Source of the DNA: Neoconidiobolus thromboides FSU 785
Taxonomy: Eukaryota > Fungi > Entomophthoromycota
Length of the DNA stretch: 64,000 nucleotides
Direction: 5' to 3'
Assembly: GCA_025603075.1 (NCBI GenBank)
Contig: MU626266.1
Span: 151,325-215,324, forward strand
The notes under the pieces are model-generated. The model had not been told where the DNA came from. It ran no database searches and saw nothing but the letters and a program-made list of their open reading frames with translations. Shown here in pieces: positions 1 to 13,215 of this stretch. The stretch's first letter is position 1. The number at the start of each line of letters is the position of its first letter. Made by a program: the position numbers and the translations under genes.

Positions 1-1
1 T

Positions 2-145
2 ATATTGTCTGCATCAAGTCCAGATCCAAATAAACCTAATTATACACTAGTTATAATATATGCAGGAACCTCTGCACTATTAGGAGCAGCGGCATTTTTT
101 GTTCTTAAACTCATGGTTAATCGCAACATATTTTCCCGAGTATAA
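2..145 (+). CDS. 3' end of a membrane protein running in from the window edge, probably the last TM helix of an MFS transporter
   Basis: Open frame from base 2 reads ILSASSPDPNKPNYTLVIIYAGTSALLGAAAFFVLKLMVNRNIFSRV then TAA at 143-145; one hydrophobic helix plus a short basic tail, as in MFS C-termini. Confidence 0.5.
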   Translation: MLSASSPDPNKPNYTLVIIYAGTSALLGAAAFFVLKLMVNRNIFSRV

Positions 146-373
146 TTGTTAATTTAATTCAACACTTTATAAAAGATAAGACTTTAAACTTCTGTATTTA
201 AAATATAATATTTTGTTAGATTTAAATTTATCCTTCAGTGTATTAAATAGAAAATGAATAAATAAAAATGCTTATTTAAATAATAATGAAAGTGATTTAT
301 TTTGATTTTTGAAGATAATAGTTAAGAAATAAAGAGATGGATAGATGAAAGAGAGAGATAATATACATTAAAG

Positions 374-1411
374 TTATATGGATTGTTCTAACTGTGCTCC
401 TGATGTATGATTATTTTCAATAATATTTTCCTGAATATTATTTAAGTTGGTAAGCATTTCGCTTGTATTTATGCTCAATTGTTGTTGTGGTTGCTCTAAT
501 GTATTATTACTTAGAGTCGGTATTAAATTAAACTTACGTTTAATTTTTCTTTTGTCTAATTTATTTAAATGTCTTTGATCTAAGGTCCAATAACTACCTT
601 TACCAGGTTGATCGTGTTGACGTGGTGCTCTTATAAAGGCTTTATTAACTGATAGGTTATGACGCACCGAATTCCTCCATACTCCAGTTCTATCTAACTT
701 GAAAAAAGTAAACCTGTTCATCATCCATTCATAAATTTCACTTAACAATAATTGTTGTTTTGGGGATTCTAAGATAGCACGGGTAATGAGTTGAGGGTAC
801 GAATATGGAGGTTTTTTGTCAGATTTATCATCAAAGTTAATACTAGGAAATTGATATAAATCATTATCTTCAAAGTTATAATATTCATTCACTTGATTAT
901 AGAAATTATAGTTATTATAGTTAGTGAGATAGTTATTGAATAATACGCTTTGATTTTGTTGTAACAACAATTGATTATAGTAACTATTTTCGTTGTTATT
1001 ATTTATACTTTCTTCATTATTATTATACTCAGTGCTGTTATTCATTGTAGGGTTCAATAAATTTGGAAATGATTCTAAAGGTAACGACCAATCAGGTACT
1101 AAATTAGTTTGATTGACGGCAGTATCATTAGTTAATAACTGTAAGTTATAATGATACATATCTTGCTCACCACTTTTCATAAATTGATTATAAAATTGAT
1201 TCTGATAGTTATTTAATAATAAAGAGTCTAATTCTGGAGAAGCCATTAAATAGTTCATATTGTTATTATAATCATTATTTTCAAACCCATAATTCCAGCC
1301 ATCAACATCAGGTGTAATTGGAAATAAGGGAGATGTATCTACACCAACTTCGTTTGTACTACTACTCATAATATCATTGACACTATTGCTTATTGTTGGA
1401 ATAGCAACCAT
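374..1411 (-). CDS. Forkhead (FOX) transcription factor with N/Q/Y-rich N-terminus
   Basis: 345-aa ORF containing KPPYSYPQLITRAIL...LSEIYEWM...WRNSVRHNLSVNKAF...GKGSYW, the canonical forkhead signature. Confidence 0.93.
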   Translation of the reverse strand: MVAIPTISNSVNDIMSSSTNEVGVDTSPLFPITPDVDGWNYGFENNDYNNNMNYLMASPELDSLLLNNYQNQFYNQFMKSGEQDMYHYNLQLLTNDTAVNQTNLVPDWSLPLESFPNLLNPTMNNSTEYNNNEESINNNNENSYYNQLLLQQNQSVLFNNYLTNYNNYNFYNQVNEYYNFEDNDLYQFPSINFDDKSDKKPPYSYPQLITRAILESPKQQLLLSEIYEWMMNRFTFFKLDRTGVWRNSVRHNLSVNKAFIRAPRQHDQPGKGSYWTLDQRHLNKLDKRKIKRKFNLIPTLSNNTLEQPQQQLSINTSEMLTNLNNIQENIIENNHTSGAQLEQSI

Positions 1412-2628
1412 ATTTTATATATTCTATGTATCAATCTATGTAATAATCTATTTAACACTTATTTGATAAAATATAATAATTTATCAAATTTTTTAAATAA
1501 TAAGGGATTTAAAATCCAGGTATTTAAATAGTTTCAATGGAATTTAAGTTGTACTTTTAAACGTGAAATAAATAGAAGTTAAGTTAATCTTCTCTTTGTA
1601 ATGGTTCTTTTTTCATATTTATTTTAACAGTATACTTTTTACTATCATTTTACTCTTTATTAGCATGACTATTTCTTATTTAAAATAGTTGCCACTTGAT
1701 TCATAATAACTGCTTCAACGTTAAAATTTTGGTATTAAAAATTCTCACCATATCAAATTCTCATTTTTAGCTTTGATTAAAAACATCAATTATTAATTTT
1801 CAAAATGTTCAAAATTCTTTGATTTTCTAACTCATTTAAGTTAGTCTCGCTTCACTTGATTGGTCATTAAAATAACCGATCACATTTTTAAACGTTATTA
1901 CTTTTTAATAACTGAAATTATGACTAAACTTTAATAAAATATCTGAAATAGTAATTAATGTAAGCAATATTATTAATTTATGTTATTATTAAAAAATGAA
2001 AAGTATCTTTATTACAAATTAAGATTTATTAAATTTTTAAAACTTGGATTAACTTCATATGAAAAATATATTATTTAATTATTAAACTAAGTTAAAATTT
2101 ATTTTTTTAATTTATTATTAATAGTAATATAATTTTATTATATTATTACAATACTTTTTTAAGATCGATCTATTCATTTCGGATCTTGTGGTTTTATTTG
2201 ATTTGACCCTAAATAAAACAGCAACTATCTTCTAAAAGATGAATGCTACCTAATAATCTATTTAAAATGATACTAAGTAATCTTGTTTTAAATCGCTTTC
2301 AAACCTTTAAATTTTATAAACGGGTATTCTGTAGTGCCTGTATTCCATTTATAATTATATTTTTTTCTTGAACGTTGATAACTACTTTGGTTCTACCAAA
2401 TCGGTAGCTTGACCCGAGATTGTAAAAGGCGTTACTACCAGCTAGTATAATTATGCCACATACTACCGTTTCTCTTTGGAAATTGAGTCTAGCTATCATT
2501 TTACAGTAACATAGTTAATGCTTAACATAAAAATCAAAATTAAATAAAATCATTTTTATTATTCTATAATAAGGTCAATTTATAGCAAACTTAAGTAATG
2601 TAACTTTTTATTAAGGCATTAGTAACAC

Positions 2629-2728
2629 TTATAGGGATTTTTGTATTCAAGAATTTTACCAACAATTTTTTCACTCAAATAGTGCTTAAAAGATGAAAAA
2701 AGTAATGTAGCTAAAAACATCCCCATAC
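2629..2728 (+). mobile_element. MITE family 1 copy
   Basis: AGGGATTT...AAGAATTTTACCAAC...CTCAAATAGTGCTTAAA...ACATCCCC. Confidence 0.8.
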
Positions 2729-3548
2729 AGAGTATCAGGATTATGAAAATAGTTTATAATAAGTAAACTTTAAATTTTTTTCAAGAGACCCAAAATTTGA
2801 TGTTGAATAAAACAAATTAAAATTTGTGTAAGGATAGACCCATATAAACTACCGGCTTAGGTTTATGAAAAACATAAAATGATCCGGCTTCTTCTATTTT
2901 ATTACTCTTTACTTCAAAAAAAAGAAAAAGTAGTTAAATAATTATTAAATAGCAGTTAATTACTGACTTTTATATCATATATTAATATTATTTTACCAAC
3001 TTACATTTTATTAAATTCACTTTTAGCCATATTAACGAAGATTTGAAATCTCAAATTAATTTTATCATTTTAGTTAATACCCTTACATTTAGGAACATTT
3101 CTATTTTACATATATAATCATATTGATACAAGTGATCTTTAGAACCCTAAACGGATAACTGCCTTATGCATCTCTTTCCTCTGTTATTTTACTAACATCT
3201 TTCAGTTGAAAAATATTAAATACTCAAAGTTTATTGGTAACCTCATCATGATAATAAATTGTATCCAACCATAAGTAATAAAATAAATGGGTGTCTTTAC
3301 CTCCATTTTAGACCTAACTTCACCATAGTATTTTTGATTTGTAATTTTGATTTAATATTATGTAAATTTATTATCATTACTATATTTTAATTGAAGACTA
3401 AAAGGATATTATTTAACTTTATATGTATAATGATAACTTTGTTTACAATATATATAGCTGATACTTATAAAATTTAGAAACTTAATCTTTAATTGTATTA
3501 ATAACTCTCTGATTTTCATTTATTTTTCTATTTTTATTTTATAGGCTA

Positions 3549-3673
3549 TATTGGAATGTCTTTTAAGAACTGCCAACAATTTTTCCACTTAAGCACTTAA
3601 AATTTCAAAGTAAAATTTGCTAGATCTTTGAAAAAAGTGAGGAATTACTAGTATTTAAAAAAACATTCCTATT
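3549..3673 (+). mobile_element. MITE family 1, degenerate copy
   Basis: TAAGAACTGCCAACAATTTTTCCACTTAAGCACTTAAAA core; ends eroded. Confidence 0.45.
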
Positions 3674-4349
3674 TAATAATGTTAATGTAATCATTATATA
3701 AAAGGTTTTAAAGGATTGGTTTTAATTTTCCTATTTTATAGCCTCTCCCACTTTAAAAAATTAAATTGTTAAATTTAAAATGAAAATGTCTGTACATCAA
3801 ATAGTTTTTATCATATAAATCAACTTGTGATAATAGTATATGATTAACATAGTCGATTATTGTCATTCAAAGAAATGGAAAGATTTTAACAAGAACAAAA
3901 GGTCAGCTAATAATATAAAACAAATATAATAATAAATTTGTTAAGTAAAATCATAAGAAAGGCCTTCAGTATTTATGATTTTCAAAAAAACATTTATCAA
4001 AATTAACAGGAGATCGCTAACGCGTAAATAGCTATAAATAATAAACACTATAAATAGTATAAATAGACAGACTTAAATAGAATAAGTAATAGTACTAATA
4101 CCTTTGAGTCATAAGGAATAAAACTTAAATTATAAAAGCATAAAAGTCATATATTTTATTGTAAATAATAATAATAATTAATGATTTAACAAATAGTGAC
4201 TTAAAAATCAATAACTCGGTTTAATTTGTATTGTTTTTTGAAATGGATCATATTAAGTATATGTTTAAAGTTTTGATAATGTTTATTCTATTAGGACGAC
4301 AATATGGTAAATGAAAAGCTATATTTGCAATGTAAATTGGTACTGCTAC

Positions 4350-4432
4350 TAAGAATTTTACTAATAACCTTTCTGGTCAAATAGCGCTTAAAGAATGAAA
4401 AAAGTAGTGAAATCAAAAAAAGGCATCCTCAA
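4350..4432 (+). mobile_element. MITE family 1, left-truncated copy
   Basis: AAGAATTTTACTAAT...TCAAATAGCGCTTAAAG...GCATCCTC. Confidence 0.7.
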
Positions 4433-4988
4433 TTATCATTAAGTGCTTTGAACTTTATAAAACGAAAATTGAATAATAATGTAAAAGCTTGAATATCATT
4501 TATTTAGATTTAAATGCCCTCATTAATGACATATTCCCTTTAGTTTGGATTTATTATCATCAAAGATGTTATCTAAGGTCACTACTATAAACGGAATAGT
4601 TTAAACTATATTGCATAGCATTATTTAAGATATTATATAAATCTTTATTTAATAAATCTAAATCTGAAAAGCCTTCTAGTTTCATTAATTCAAATATTTG
4701 ATAATTTTTCAAATTTTAATGACATTCTGAAATAAAATAAAGTTTCAATTTTCTTTTTATATTATCTTTTATAAGAGAGTTTCATAAAAATTTCATAAAA
4801 CATTATTTGAATAAAAACAACAATTTGAAAACCATTATTAAATAACAAAGTAGGATTTACTATACAGATATTGCTACTTTTATATTAAATGAGTTAGGCT
4901 AAATAATATCAAAAGTCTAATATATAATGAAAACCAAATGAATATTGATTTATAGAATTAATCCAGGTTGAACAATATAAGTAAATAA

Positions 4989-5092
4989 ATATGAATGTTT
5001 TTTTGATTTCATTACTTTTTCTATTTTTTGAGCGTTATTTGAGCGGAAAGATTGTTAGTAAAATTCTTGAACAAAAAAATACATCTCTATAT
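4989..5092 (-). mobile_element. MITE family 1 copy
   Basis: Reverse-orientation core GAGCGTTATTTGAG...GTTAGTAAAATTCTT...ACATCTCT. Confidence 0.8.
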
Positions 5093-5841
5093 CTGTCATG
5101 TTTTACTGAAATTAAAAGTTATAATTTCAATCTATCAATTATTAAATGACATACTATACTAATATTGTATGTGATTCAGATACAGTCAGTGGTATTTTTT
5201 GCCTTCCGCCAATTGCTTTTCAATGTCAGAAAATTTAAATACTATTGAGATTATATCAACATCAATTGATTTTAAAATTTCAAAGTTTTAAAATTACTAA
5301 TTCCGTTAAGATTATATTTAATCATAGCACATTTCAAAAAGTTCTAAGTTGAAAAATTTCAAGTTTGATACCTTGATCCATATAACATTGAACACTGTAT
5401 TATGGTTTACTTTTTGACACTGCTTCTGATTTTATTTAGCCACTTTGAAAACGCTTAGGCTTCTATCCTAAACAATATAAACACTTACAATAACTTTTAA
5501 TAAACATTACCTTAAAATTAAACATTTTAATTCTAATGTTTTATTTCCTTATTTGTAATGTTACTAATAAAAGAACCTTTCAAAGTAACATGGAAAGCTT
5601 TAATATTAACAAAATTTTAAGGCCAAGTCCAATCAATTGAAATTTTCAAAAATAAATCAACGAAATAATCGGCAAAAAGGTAAAATATTATTGGTTTAAA
5701 GGGATGACTTTTTTCAAAGAATATCTGAACAATTGGATTAGCTGATCCAATTAAAGCGCGTCCTTTACGCGTTAAAGGATAAGTAGAAACCCAACTTCAA
5801 TTTCATAATTGAAATTTTAAGTTTTGATTTTTTATAATAAA

Positions 5842-7635
5842 ATGGCTACTTGGAGTCCAAAGGAAGATATCATTGATTTAATAGTAAAACAATAACAATT
5901 GCAATATCAAACTCAATTAATAACTAAACGCTTTAGGGAATATTAAAAGATAGAACCCTTCACTCAGATTATGACGGAAATGTTTACGATTTGGATAGTA
6001 ATAAAGAAGATAATTTGGTGGAAGAAAAAGATTCTAATGAGGATTCAAGGTAAAAAAAATAGCTCAATGATAGAATGAGGTTAATAAGTGAAAAATTAGC
6101 GACAGTTTAGCAATGATTAGAAAAAGTAATGTATTTGGTGAAGATATTAGTGAAAAAGAGAAAGAACTTATTGAACAGAGAGTATCTTTACAAAAGAAAA
6201 AAGTAAGCATTGTAATTTGTTTTATTTTGTTTTATCTTATTAACTATTATATAGTTCCAAGAATTTGAAAGAAAAGAATTTGAAAAAAAATCCATAAAGA
6301 TTCGAGCAGTTTATGATTTTTTACATGATAGTGAAATCAAAAAAGCATTGAAAGACAATTTTTACGATGAGGTAATCTAATATCGTAGCCAATATTTAAT
6401 CTCATAGTCGTGATAGAGTGAAGTTATTGCTCAATTCTCCGAACCTGGTTATTTACAAAAAATTAGAAAATCTCTTGCTCAAGTGGAATCTAATGAACAC
6501 AAAGGTAGTCTTAGTTATTATATAAAGAAAATACTTAAACACTTTAACAGCATTTCTTACTCGAGAACAGGCTGATGCTTATGATAATCTAATGGAAAAA
6601 AGATCCAAAAATAGCAATAAAAAGAGTAAAAATGAAGGGTGAATTTATTTCAGTTTAGATATTCGTCAAATTACTAATAAGAAATAAAGTCCAAGTCATA
6701 TTCATACAGTTGGCAGATTAGCTCTCGATAAAGCTCTAGAACAAATGAAAATTGACCCAAATGAAGCCATGAAGGGTTGGTCATTAGCTCGTATTAATGC
6801 TTATAAAAATTTAAAATCCAATCCCAATGTTTATTATTATCGCTTTAATGCCCCTGGTGAAGAACAAAGGACAGGTGCTTGGACTAAAGTAGTGTTATAA
6901 GTTCATATTTTTATATTTTTTGTTAATTATGTTTTAGGAAGAACGTAAATTATTTTTTGATAGGTTAAAAGAAGTTGGTGCTAATGGTCAATGGGGTTTA
7001 TTTTCAATGACTATTCCAGGTAGAGTTGGATATCAAGTAAGTTAATCAAATTAATATTGTAAGTAGATTGATTTGATTACTTTAGTGTTCAAATTTTTAT
7101 CGTCTACTTGTTAAAAATAAAGAAGTTAATGATCCAAATTATGTAGTTGAAAATGGAAAAGTAAGGTATTTGTTTTCAACTAAACAAAAAGATGAAAGCG
7201 GAGAAGTACAAAAAGCATTTCGTTCTCATTCCAAGCATATTGTTAGGAATGGTAATTTTAATCTCTTTTTTAATTTTACTATGTTAATCTTATGATTATA
7301 TTAGGTAATAGTGATCTCAATATTAAATCAAAATCACGTAAGAAGAGGGGAAAGAAATCTAATAGTTCAGATAATGAGTCAACTTCAGATGATGAATTTA
7401 TCATTGACTATAAACCAAAAAGAACAGTATTTGAAAGGACTTTAAATAGAAGTAAAATTAAAACAACTTCATCTAACGACGGTTCCAATACTAATAATGA
7501 AGATGATATAATGGAAGATGATGATTTTGATCAACAAGAGGATTTTGATAACCCATTACCTGGTTTTATTGATCCAATTACTTTAGATCAAGTAGTTCAG
7601 CCTGCTATTTCTCCTTATGGTCATGTGATGGGGTA

Positions 7636-7670
<35 letters not shown>

Positions 7671-7880
7671 GTATTAATTATTATAGTTATGCTAATTGGG
7701 TACAATGTTTAACTTCAGAAGGTAGTAAAAATACCTGTCCGCTAACTAAACAACATTTAACTAAAAGAGATTTGGTTATACTTACTCTTGATAATATTCA
7801 TGAGTATAGGTAAATCATTAATTAACTTTATATTTATAAGTTGTTAATATTTTTTTAGAGATAAAATCGTAAATAAATAA
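5842..7880 (+). CDS. Multi-exon protein with a Myb/SANT-like domain and a C-terminal U-box/RING-like domain
   Basis: ATG at 5842; GT-AG splicing gives NPNVYYYRFNAPGEEQRTGAWTKEERKLFFDRLKEVGANGQWGLFSMTIPGRVGYQCSNFYRLL (Myb-like W spacing) and FIDPITLDQVVQPAISPYGHVMGYANWVQCL...TCPLTKQHL (U-box-like); stop TAA at 7878-7880. Confidence 0.8.
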
Positions 7881-8141
7881 TTTATTCCTAATATGATATA
7901 GCTTCATAATTAGCTATTAAATAAAAAGTTATATCTTAACTATATAAATACAAGTATTATCTAATCAAATGAATTATTGTTACTATTATTATATATTTTA
8001 AACTATTAGTTTAAATAAAATTGTAAATAGAATACTTAAAAACAAAATTTATTAAATGGTAATTTTACTATTATAAACTTATAAATTCAATAGTTAAATC
8101 ATAAGTTATTTTATTCTACTATTTGGTCTAAAGATACTATT

Positions 8142-9567
8142 TTACTCATAAATCTTACTTACCACACCAGTACCAACTGTTTTACCACCTTCACGGATAG
8201 TAAATCTAAGACCTTCTTCAATGGCAATTTCATGAAGTAATTCAACATCCATTGTAACGTTATCACCTGGCATAACCATTTTTTCATCAGCATCTTCAGT
8301 ACCTTCAGGATGGCGGAGGATAGCAGTGACATCAGTAGTGCGTACAAATAATTGTGGACGATAATTGTTAACGAAAGGAGTATGACGACCACCTTCTTCT
8401 TTAGTAAGAATATAAAGTTGAGTTTGGAATTTAGTATGTGGTTTAATGGAACCTGGTGCACAAATAACCTGTCCACGGGATAATTGTTCACGTTTAACAC
8501 CACGGAGTAAAGCTCCCATATTATCTCCTGCCATACCCTTTTCTAAACTTTTATGGAACATTTCAATACCAGTTAAAGTAGTTTTAAGATGTTGTCCATA
8601 ACCAATAATTTCGACTTCAGAACCTTTAGTAACAGTTCCTCTTTCTACTCTACCAGTAGCAACAGTACCACGACCAGAAATAGAAAACACATCTTCAATT
8701 GGCATTAAAAATGGTTTATCAAGGTCACGCTCTGGGGTTGGGATAAAGGAATCAACAGCAGCCATTAATTTAGTAATAGCTTCTTTACCAATTTCATCAC
8801 TACGACCTTCTAAAGCACATAAAGCAGAACCTTGAACAATTGGAGTATTATCACCATCAAAACCATAATGAGATAAAAGTTCACGCATCTCCATTTCAAC
8901 TAACTCTAACATCTCTGGATCATCAATAGCATCTACTTTGTTAATAAATACGACTAAATTTTTAACACCAACTTGTTTAGCTAATAATAAATGTTCTCTA
9001 GTTTGTGGCATTTGACCATCAGTAGCTGAAACAACAATAATAGCTCCATCCATTTGAGCAGCACCAGTAATCATATTTTTAATATAATCAGCATGACCTG
9101 GACAATCAACATGAGCATAATGACGGTTATTAGTTTCATACTCAACGTGGGCAGTTGAAATAGTAATACCACGGGCTTTTTCTTCAGGTGCTTTATCAAT
9201 TTCACTATAATCTCTGAATTTGGCTTGTCCAGCTTCAGCTAGGCATTTAGTAATAGCAGCAGTTAATGTGGTTTTTCCATGATCGACATGACCAATGGTA
9301 CCAATGTTGACATGTGGTTTATCACGGTTAAAAACATCAGAGTAAAAACGAACTAGATTTTTAAATAAATATTTTTTAGCAAATAAATAAAATAATGAAA
9401 AACTTACCAAAAGAGCTAGTTACTGAAGCATCTTTTACAAGAAGCTAGAAAATTTCCTTTAATAAATTTAAGATTTAAAATTCAAGTAATTTACTTACAT
9501 TCTTATAATTTAAACCACGAGATACTGAAGTAAGTTTACTAAGTTGACGAACACCAGTTAAAATCAT
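8142..9567 (-). CDS. TUF1: Mitochondrial translation elongation factor EF-Tu; exons 9567-9499, 9444-9408, 9352-8142
   Basis: [32 protein letters not shown] and EGGKTVGTG motifs; two GT-AG introns join an R/S/L-rich presequence ([18 protein letters not shown]) in frame. Confidence 0.97.
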
Positions 9568-11183
9568 ATTGGATATACTGTTCTTTTTCTATTGATTTCA
9601 AAGATTCGATTTTTTTTAAATTCTCAATTTGGTTAATCATTTTTAGGATCATTATATGCGGATGTTTAATGGGATCTTTTGGGTTATCTTTGAGTTTTCA
9701 TTGGCTACCAAAGGATTTCGAAATTTGAAATTTGTTAGAACATAATTAACAAATGGAATTTTATATAACTTTAAGTCCACAAAGTACAATTAACCTCTCT
9801 GAAAATGCGGAAGTTGACCTCAAGAGTCTCAAAAAACAATTGAAATGTTATAACTTCTAGATTACAAAATAAGCTATTTTGGATCGCTTTAGATAATGCG
9901 TTCAATGTTACATCCAATACTGATATCAGAACAAAAGGATATAACTTGATACGCCATAAAGAAGTATCGAAATTTAGAATGGCATCATCAGATGAAATTC
10001 AGTAATTAAACAAACAGTCTAAAGATAAAGTGTTTTAAGAAAGAATGGATCACTTGCACCATATTACAAATAAAAGCACAGTTGGTAGCAAACTTGATGG
10101 TCATGGAAGGAACGGAAGTTACTGAAGAGGAAAAACACTCTGAGATAAGATTCGCAAATTAGAATATAAGCTCAAATTCATTAAATCATCTAATGAAGGT
10201 TAGTAAATTTTAAATGAAGCTTGTTTGCTATCAAAATCTAAAATGCTTGCTATCAATTTAATATTTTTAATAGTATTTTAGTAATATCAATAAAAAAGTT
10301 TTATACATTATAGTTGAGATTAAAATTAAAATCAAATAAGTAAAAGACCAAGATGTTTATTTGATACTGATATATAATAATTTAAGGAGCGTATTTATGT
10401 TAGACATTAGGCTGCTTATAAATTCAACCAAGCCAACATTGGGGTTTCGTTTGGTTTATTATAATCTCTTTTGTTTATATTGGGCGTAATAAGGGTAACA
10501 AGCAATAAAGGAGTGATAGATTTAAAATCGTATCCATATTTATATCTCTTAGACCAAAGCCCTTAATTTTAATGATTTCAAGGTTTGGAGAGAAAAACAA
10601 AAAGTAAGAAATTCAGTAAGTAAAACCGAAAAGCTTCATTAATTGTAACTCGGTTTGTGAATTTAAACTGACAAAAATTGTACAGTAATACAATTAGGTT
10701 TACTTTTATCTAAATCAATCTCTATTATAAAATTATTAAAGGTATATCTAGATCTTCTATATCAAAGTAAACTATTTTTAATGTTGATAAATTAAAAAAG
10801 CTGTAATCAATCTAGTTTGGATTTAAAAAACTAAAATCACTTAATTTAATAATACTACTGCATTTGGATCATACGTAAAAATCTATCAGCTTGACAACTT
10901 TCTACATACGATTCCTACTTTTTATCAAATAGGCGTCGTTATTATCTGTTCCAAAAAGGTAATCATAAATATCAATCAGTTCAATACTTCCCAATTTTTT
11001 AAAATCACCGAAACATCTAATATCAAAATTACTACTTGAATCACTTTTAATTATTAAGTTTAATTTTGGGGCGAAGATAATACTCAGATCAAACTCGGTA
11101 GGCGCAAAGAAACTTTCATATGAATGGAAACACAGCTATTTTAAGTTAATAAACTCCATTTTGGTTTTGTCAGAATTTTTAAG

Positions 11184-11288
11184 ATATGGAGATGTATTTT
11201 TTTGCTTAATAATTTTACTAACAATCTCTCCGCTCAAATAGCGCTTAAAAATGGAAAGTAATAAAACCAAAAAAAAATAGCCCCATAT
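11184..11288 (+). mobile_element. MITE family 1 copy
   Basis: ATAT|GGAGATGT...CCCC|ATAT. Confidence 0.88.
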
Positions 11289-11405
11289 ATCCTATCATTA
11301 AAATACATTGAGATTGGTTTAATTTTATTTGGAGTTTAATATTTAATCCAATTATTTGCTTTACTAGTATAAGTATCGGTTTTCAAGGCTTTAGTTTGAT
11401 TCAAA

Positions 11406-11512
11406 TAATGGGGATGTATTTTTGTATTTAAGAATTTTACTAACAAACTCTCCACTCAAATAGCGCTTAAAAAATGGAAAAAATAATGAAGTCAAAAAAA
11501 GCACTCCCTAAT
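11406..11512 (+). mobile_element. MITE family 1 copy with TAAT target duplication
   Basis: TAAT|GGGGATGT...GCACTCCC|TAAT. Confidence 0.88.
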
Positions 11513-11556
11513 CCTTAAATAAATCTATTGTTTATGAACATTCTTCGCCTAAATTG

Positions 11557-11750
11557 CACTATTTCACTTGTTTACACATACAAAAAAACGAACATTTTCC
11601 AATAAAAGGTTTGCCATTCAATCGGAATTTTTTTTACGCATCCTTATAAATATAAAATTTAGCCTTGAGTTTACATGAAATTATGCAATTTTTTTATTGC
11701 AAAATATTTTTTTTTTTGTAAAGTGTGTAAACATAAGTGAAAATACTGTA
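11557..11750. mobile_element. Foldback element with ~65-bp arms and a TA|CAGT-like end (Tc1/mariner-type MITE)
   Basis: CACTATTTCACTTGTTTACACATACAAAAAAACGAACATTTTCCAATAAAA is the imperfect inverse of TTTTATTGCAAAATATTTTTTTTTTTGTAAAGTGTGTAAACATAAGTGAAAATACTG|TA. Confidence 0.6.
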
Positions 11751-11935
11751 TATATGAACAACTTTATTAATTTTAGCAGCTTGATATTTATTCTATTATA
11801 AATATTAAATATTCATATAATTGATTATATTTTTATGTGTTATAAACGTTTTGTTTTAACTTTGTTTTATAGAATTTTTAAATTTCTTATTTCCATTTTT
11901 TATATTTTTGCTAATTTTTACAGGTTATATTTAAT

Positions 11936-12036
11936 ATATGGGAATGTTTTTTTAGTTTCCTCACTTTTTTCATTTTAAGACGCTATTTAAGTGGAAAAGT
12001 TACTAGTAAAATCCTTAAAAAAATGCATCCCCATGT
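11936..12036 (-). mobile_element. MITE family 1 copy
   Basis: ATAT|GGGAATGT...GCATCCCC|ATGT. Confidence 0.85.
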
Positions 12037-12451
12037 ATCAAGTAAATTATTTTATATTTAATAATTTTGTTTATGATATTAGTTGAATGCTTGTTTAAAT
12101 AAATATAGTCATTCCAATATTATAACTTAAACTTATTGTAAATATAAAAGTTATTAAAAGTTTTATATTTTAATTAAAAACAATATAAAATAATATATAA
12201 AAATATGTATTTTTATTTAAGAATTCTATTAATGGCTTTTTATTAAACAATGTCCAAACAATAAAAAAACGAGAAATTTACAAAAAATGTTTTTATATTT
12301 ATATAAATCAATTTAAACAAAAATGTTTTAAAATTAACTTAAATTTCTAACAGCCTTGAGTTGGTTAACAAACCAATATAAGTTACAAAAGCTAATCTCA
12401 TAATTTATATCCCAGTTATTTAAATAACTGTTATATTTAATTTTTTTTATT

Positions 12452-12557
12452 ATATGGGGCTGTTTTTTTTAATTTCATTATTTTTCCGTTTTTTAAGCAC
12501 TATTTGAGTGGAAAATTTGTTAGTAAAATTCTTAAACACAAAAATACATCCTCATAT
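12452..12557 (-). mobile_element. MITE family 1 copy
   Basis: ATAT|GGGGCTGT...ACATCCTC|ATAT. Confidence 0.9.
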
Positions 12558-12724
12558 ATTAGTATTATTATTTTATATAATTTGTAATTAAATATCTTAT
12601 ATTTATAAACTACAGTCTATTTTAATTATATAAATCAAAACTTATAAGCCATTAGCTTCATTTAAGATTATAATGCTGTATAAATAATTATTCTTATTTA
12701 AAATACAATATTTTATTATATAAA

Positions 12725-12809
12725 GATATGTTTTTTATTTAATATTCTTTCTACTTAAATAGCGCTTAAAAATAGAAAAAGTGATAAAACTAAAAGAACA
12801 TCCTTATAT
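12725..12809 (+). mobile_element. MITE family 1, internally deleted copy
   Basis: CTTAAATAGCGCTTAAAAATAGAAAAAGTGAT...ACATCCTT|ATAT. Confidence 0.65.
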
Positions 12810-13058
12810 AATTAAGGTTTAACTTTATATTTTTAGTTTTTTATCATAAAAGTTTACTTTTTTTTTTATATATGTTGAATAATATTTTATACAAATACTC
12901 ATTCTTTTCTTTATGTTATCATTATATTATTATTAATATAGCTTTATGCTTTATTAAATAGCCTTTTTTGTATTTTGTGTGTTTTTTTAACAAGTTGAAA
13001 CTTCTTTTTAATTTTAAGCTTTTTATAATTAATATAAAATAAACAAGCTTTAAGCATT

Positions 13059-13165
13059 ATATGGGGATGTATTTTTGTGTTCAAGAATTTTACTAACAGT
13101 TTTTCCGCTCAAATAGTGCTTAAAAGATGGAAAAAGTAATGAAACCAAAAAAAACACCTCCATAT
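13059..13165 (+). mobile_element. MITE family 1 copy
   Basis: ATAT|GGGGATGT...ACACCTCC|ATAT. Confidence 0.9.
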
Positions 13166-13215
13166 GAGGATATCCGGAATTGGTTTTATTTTTTTACTCA
13201 ATTTTTGATGATTTT

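Noticed and set aside
7636-7670. (TTA)n runs here and at about 54359-54387
   Set aside because: Ordinary intronic microsatellites.
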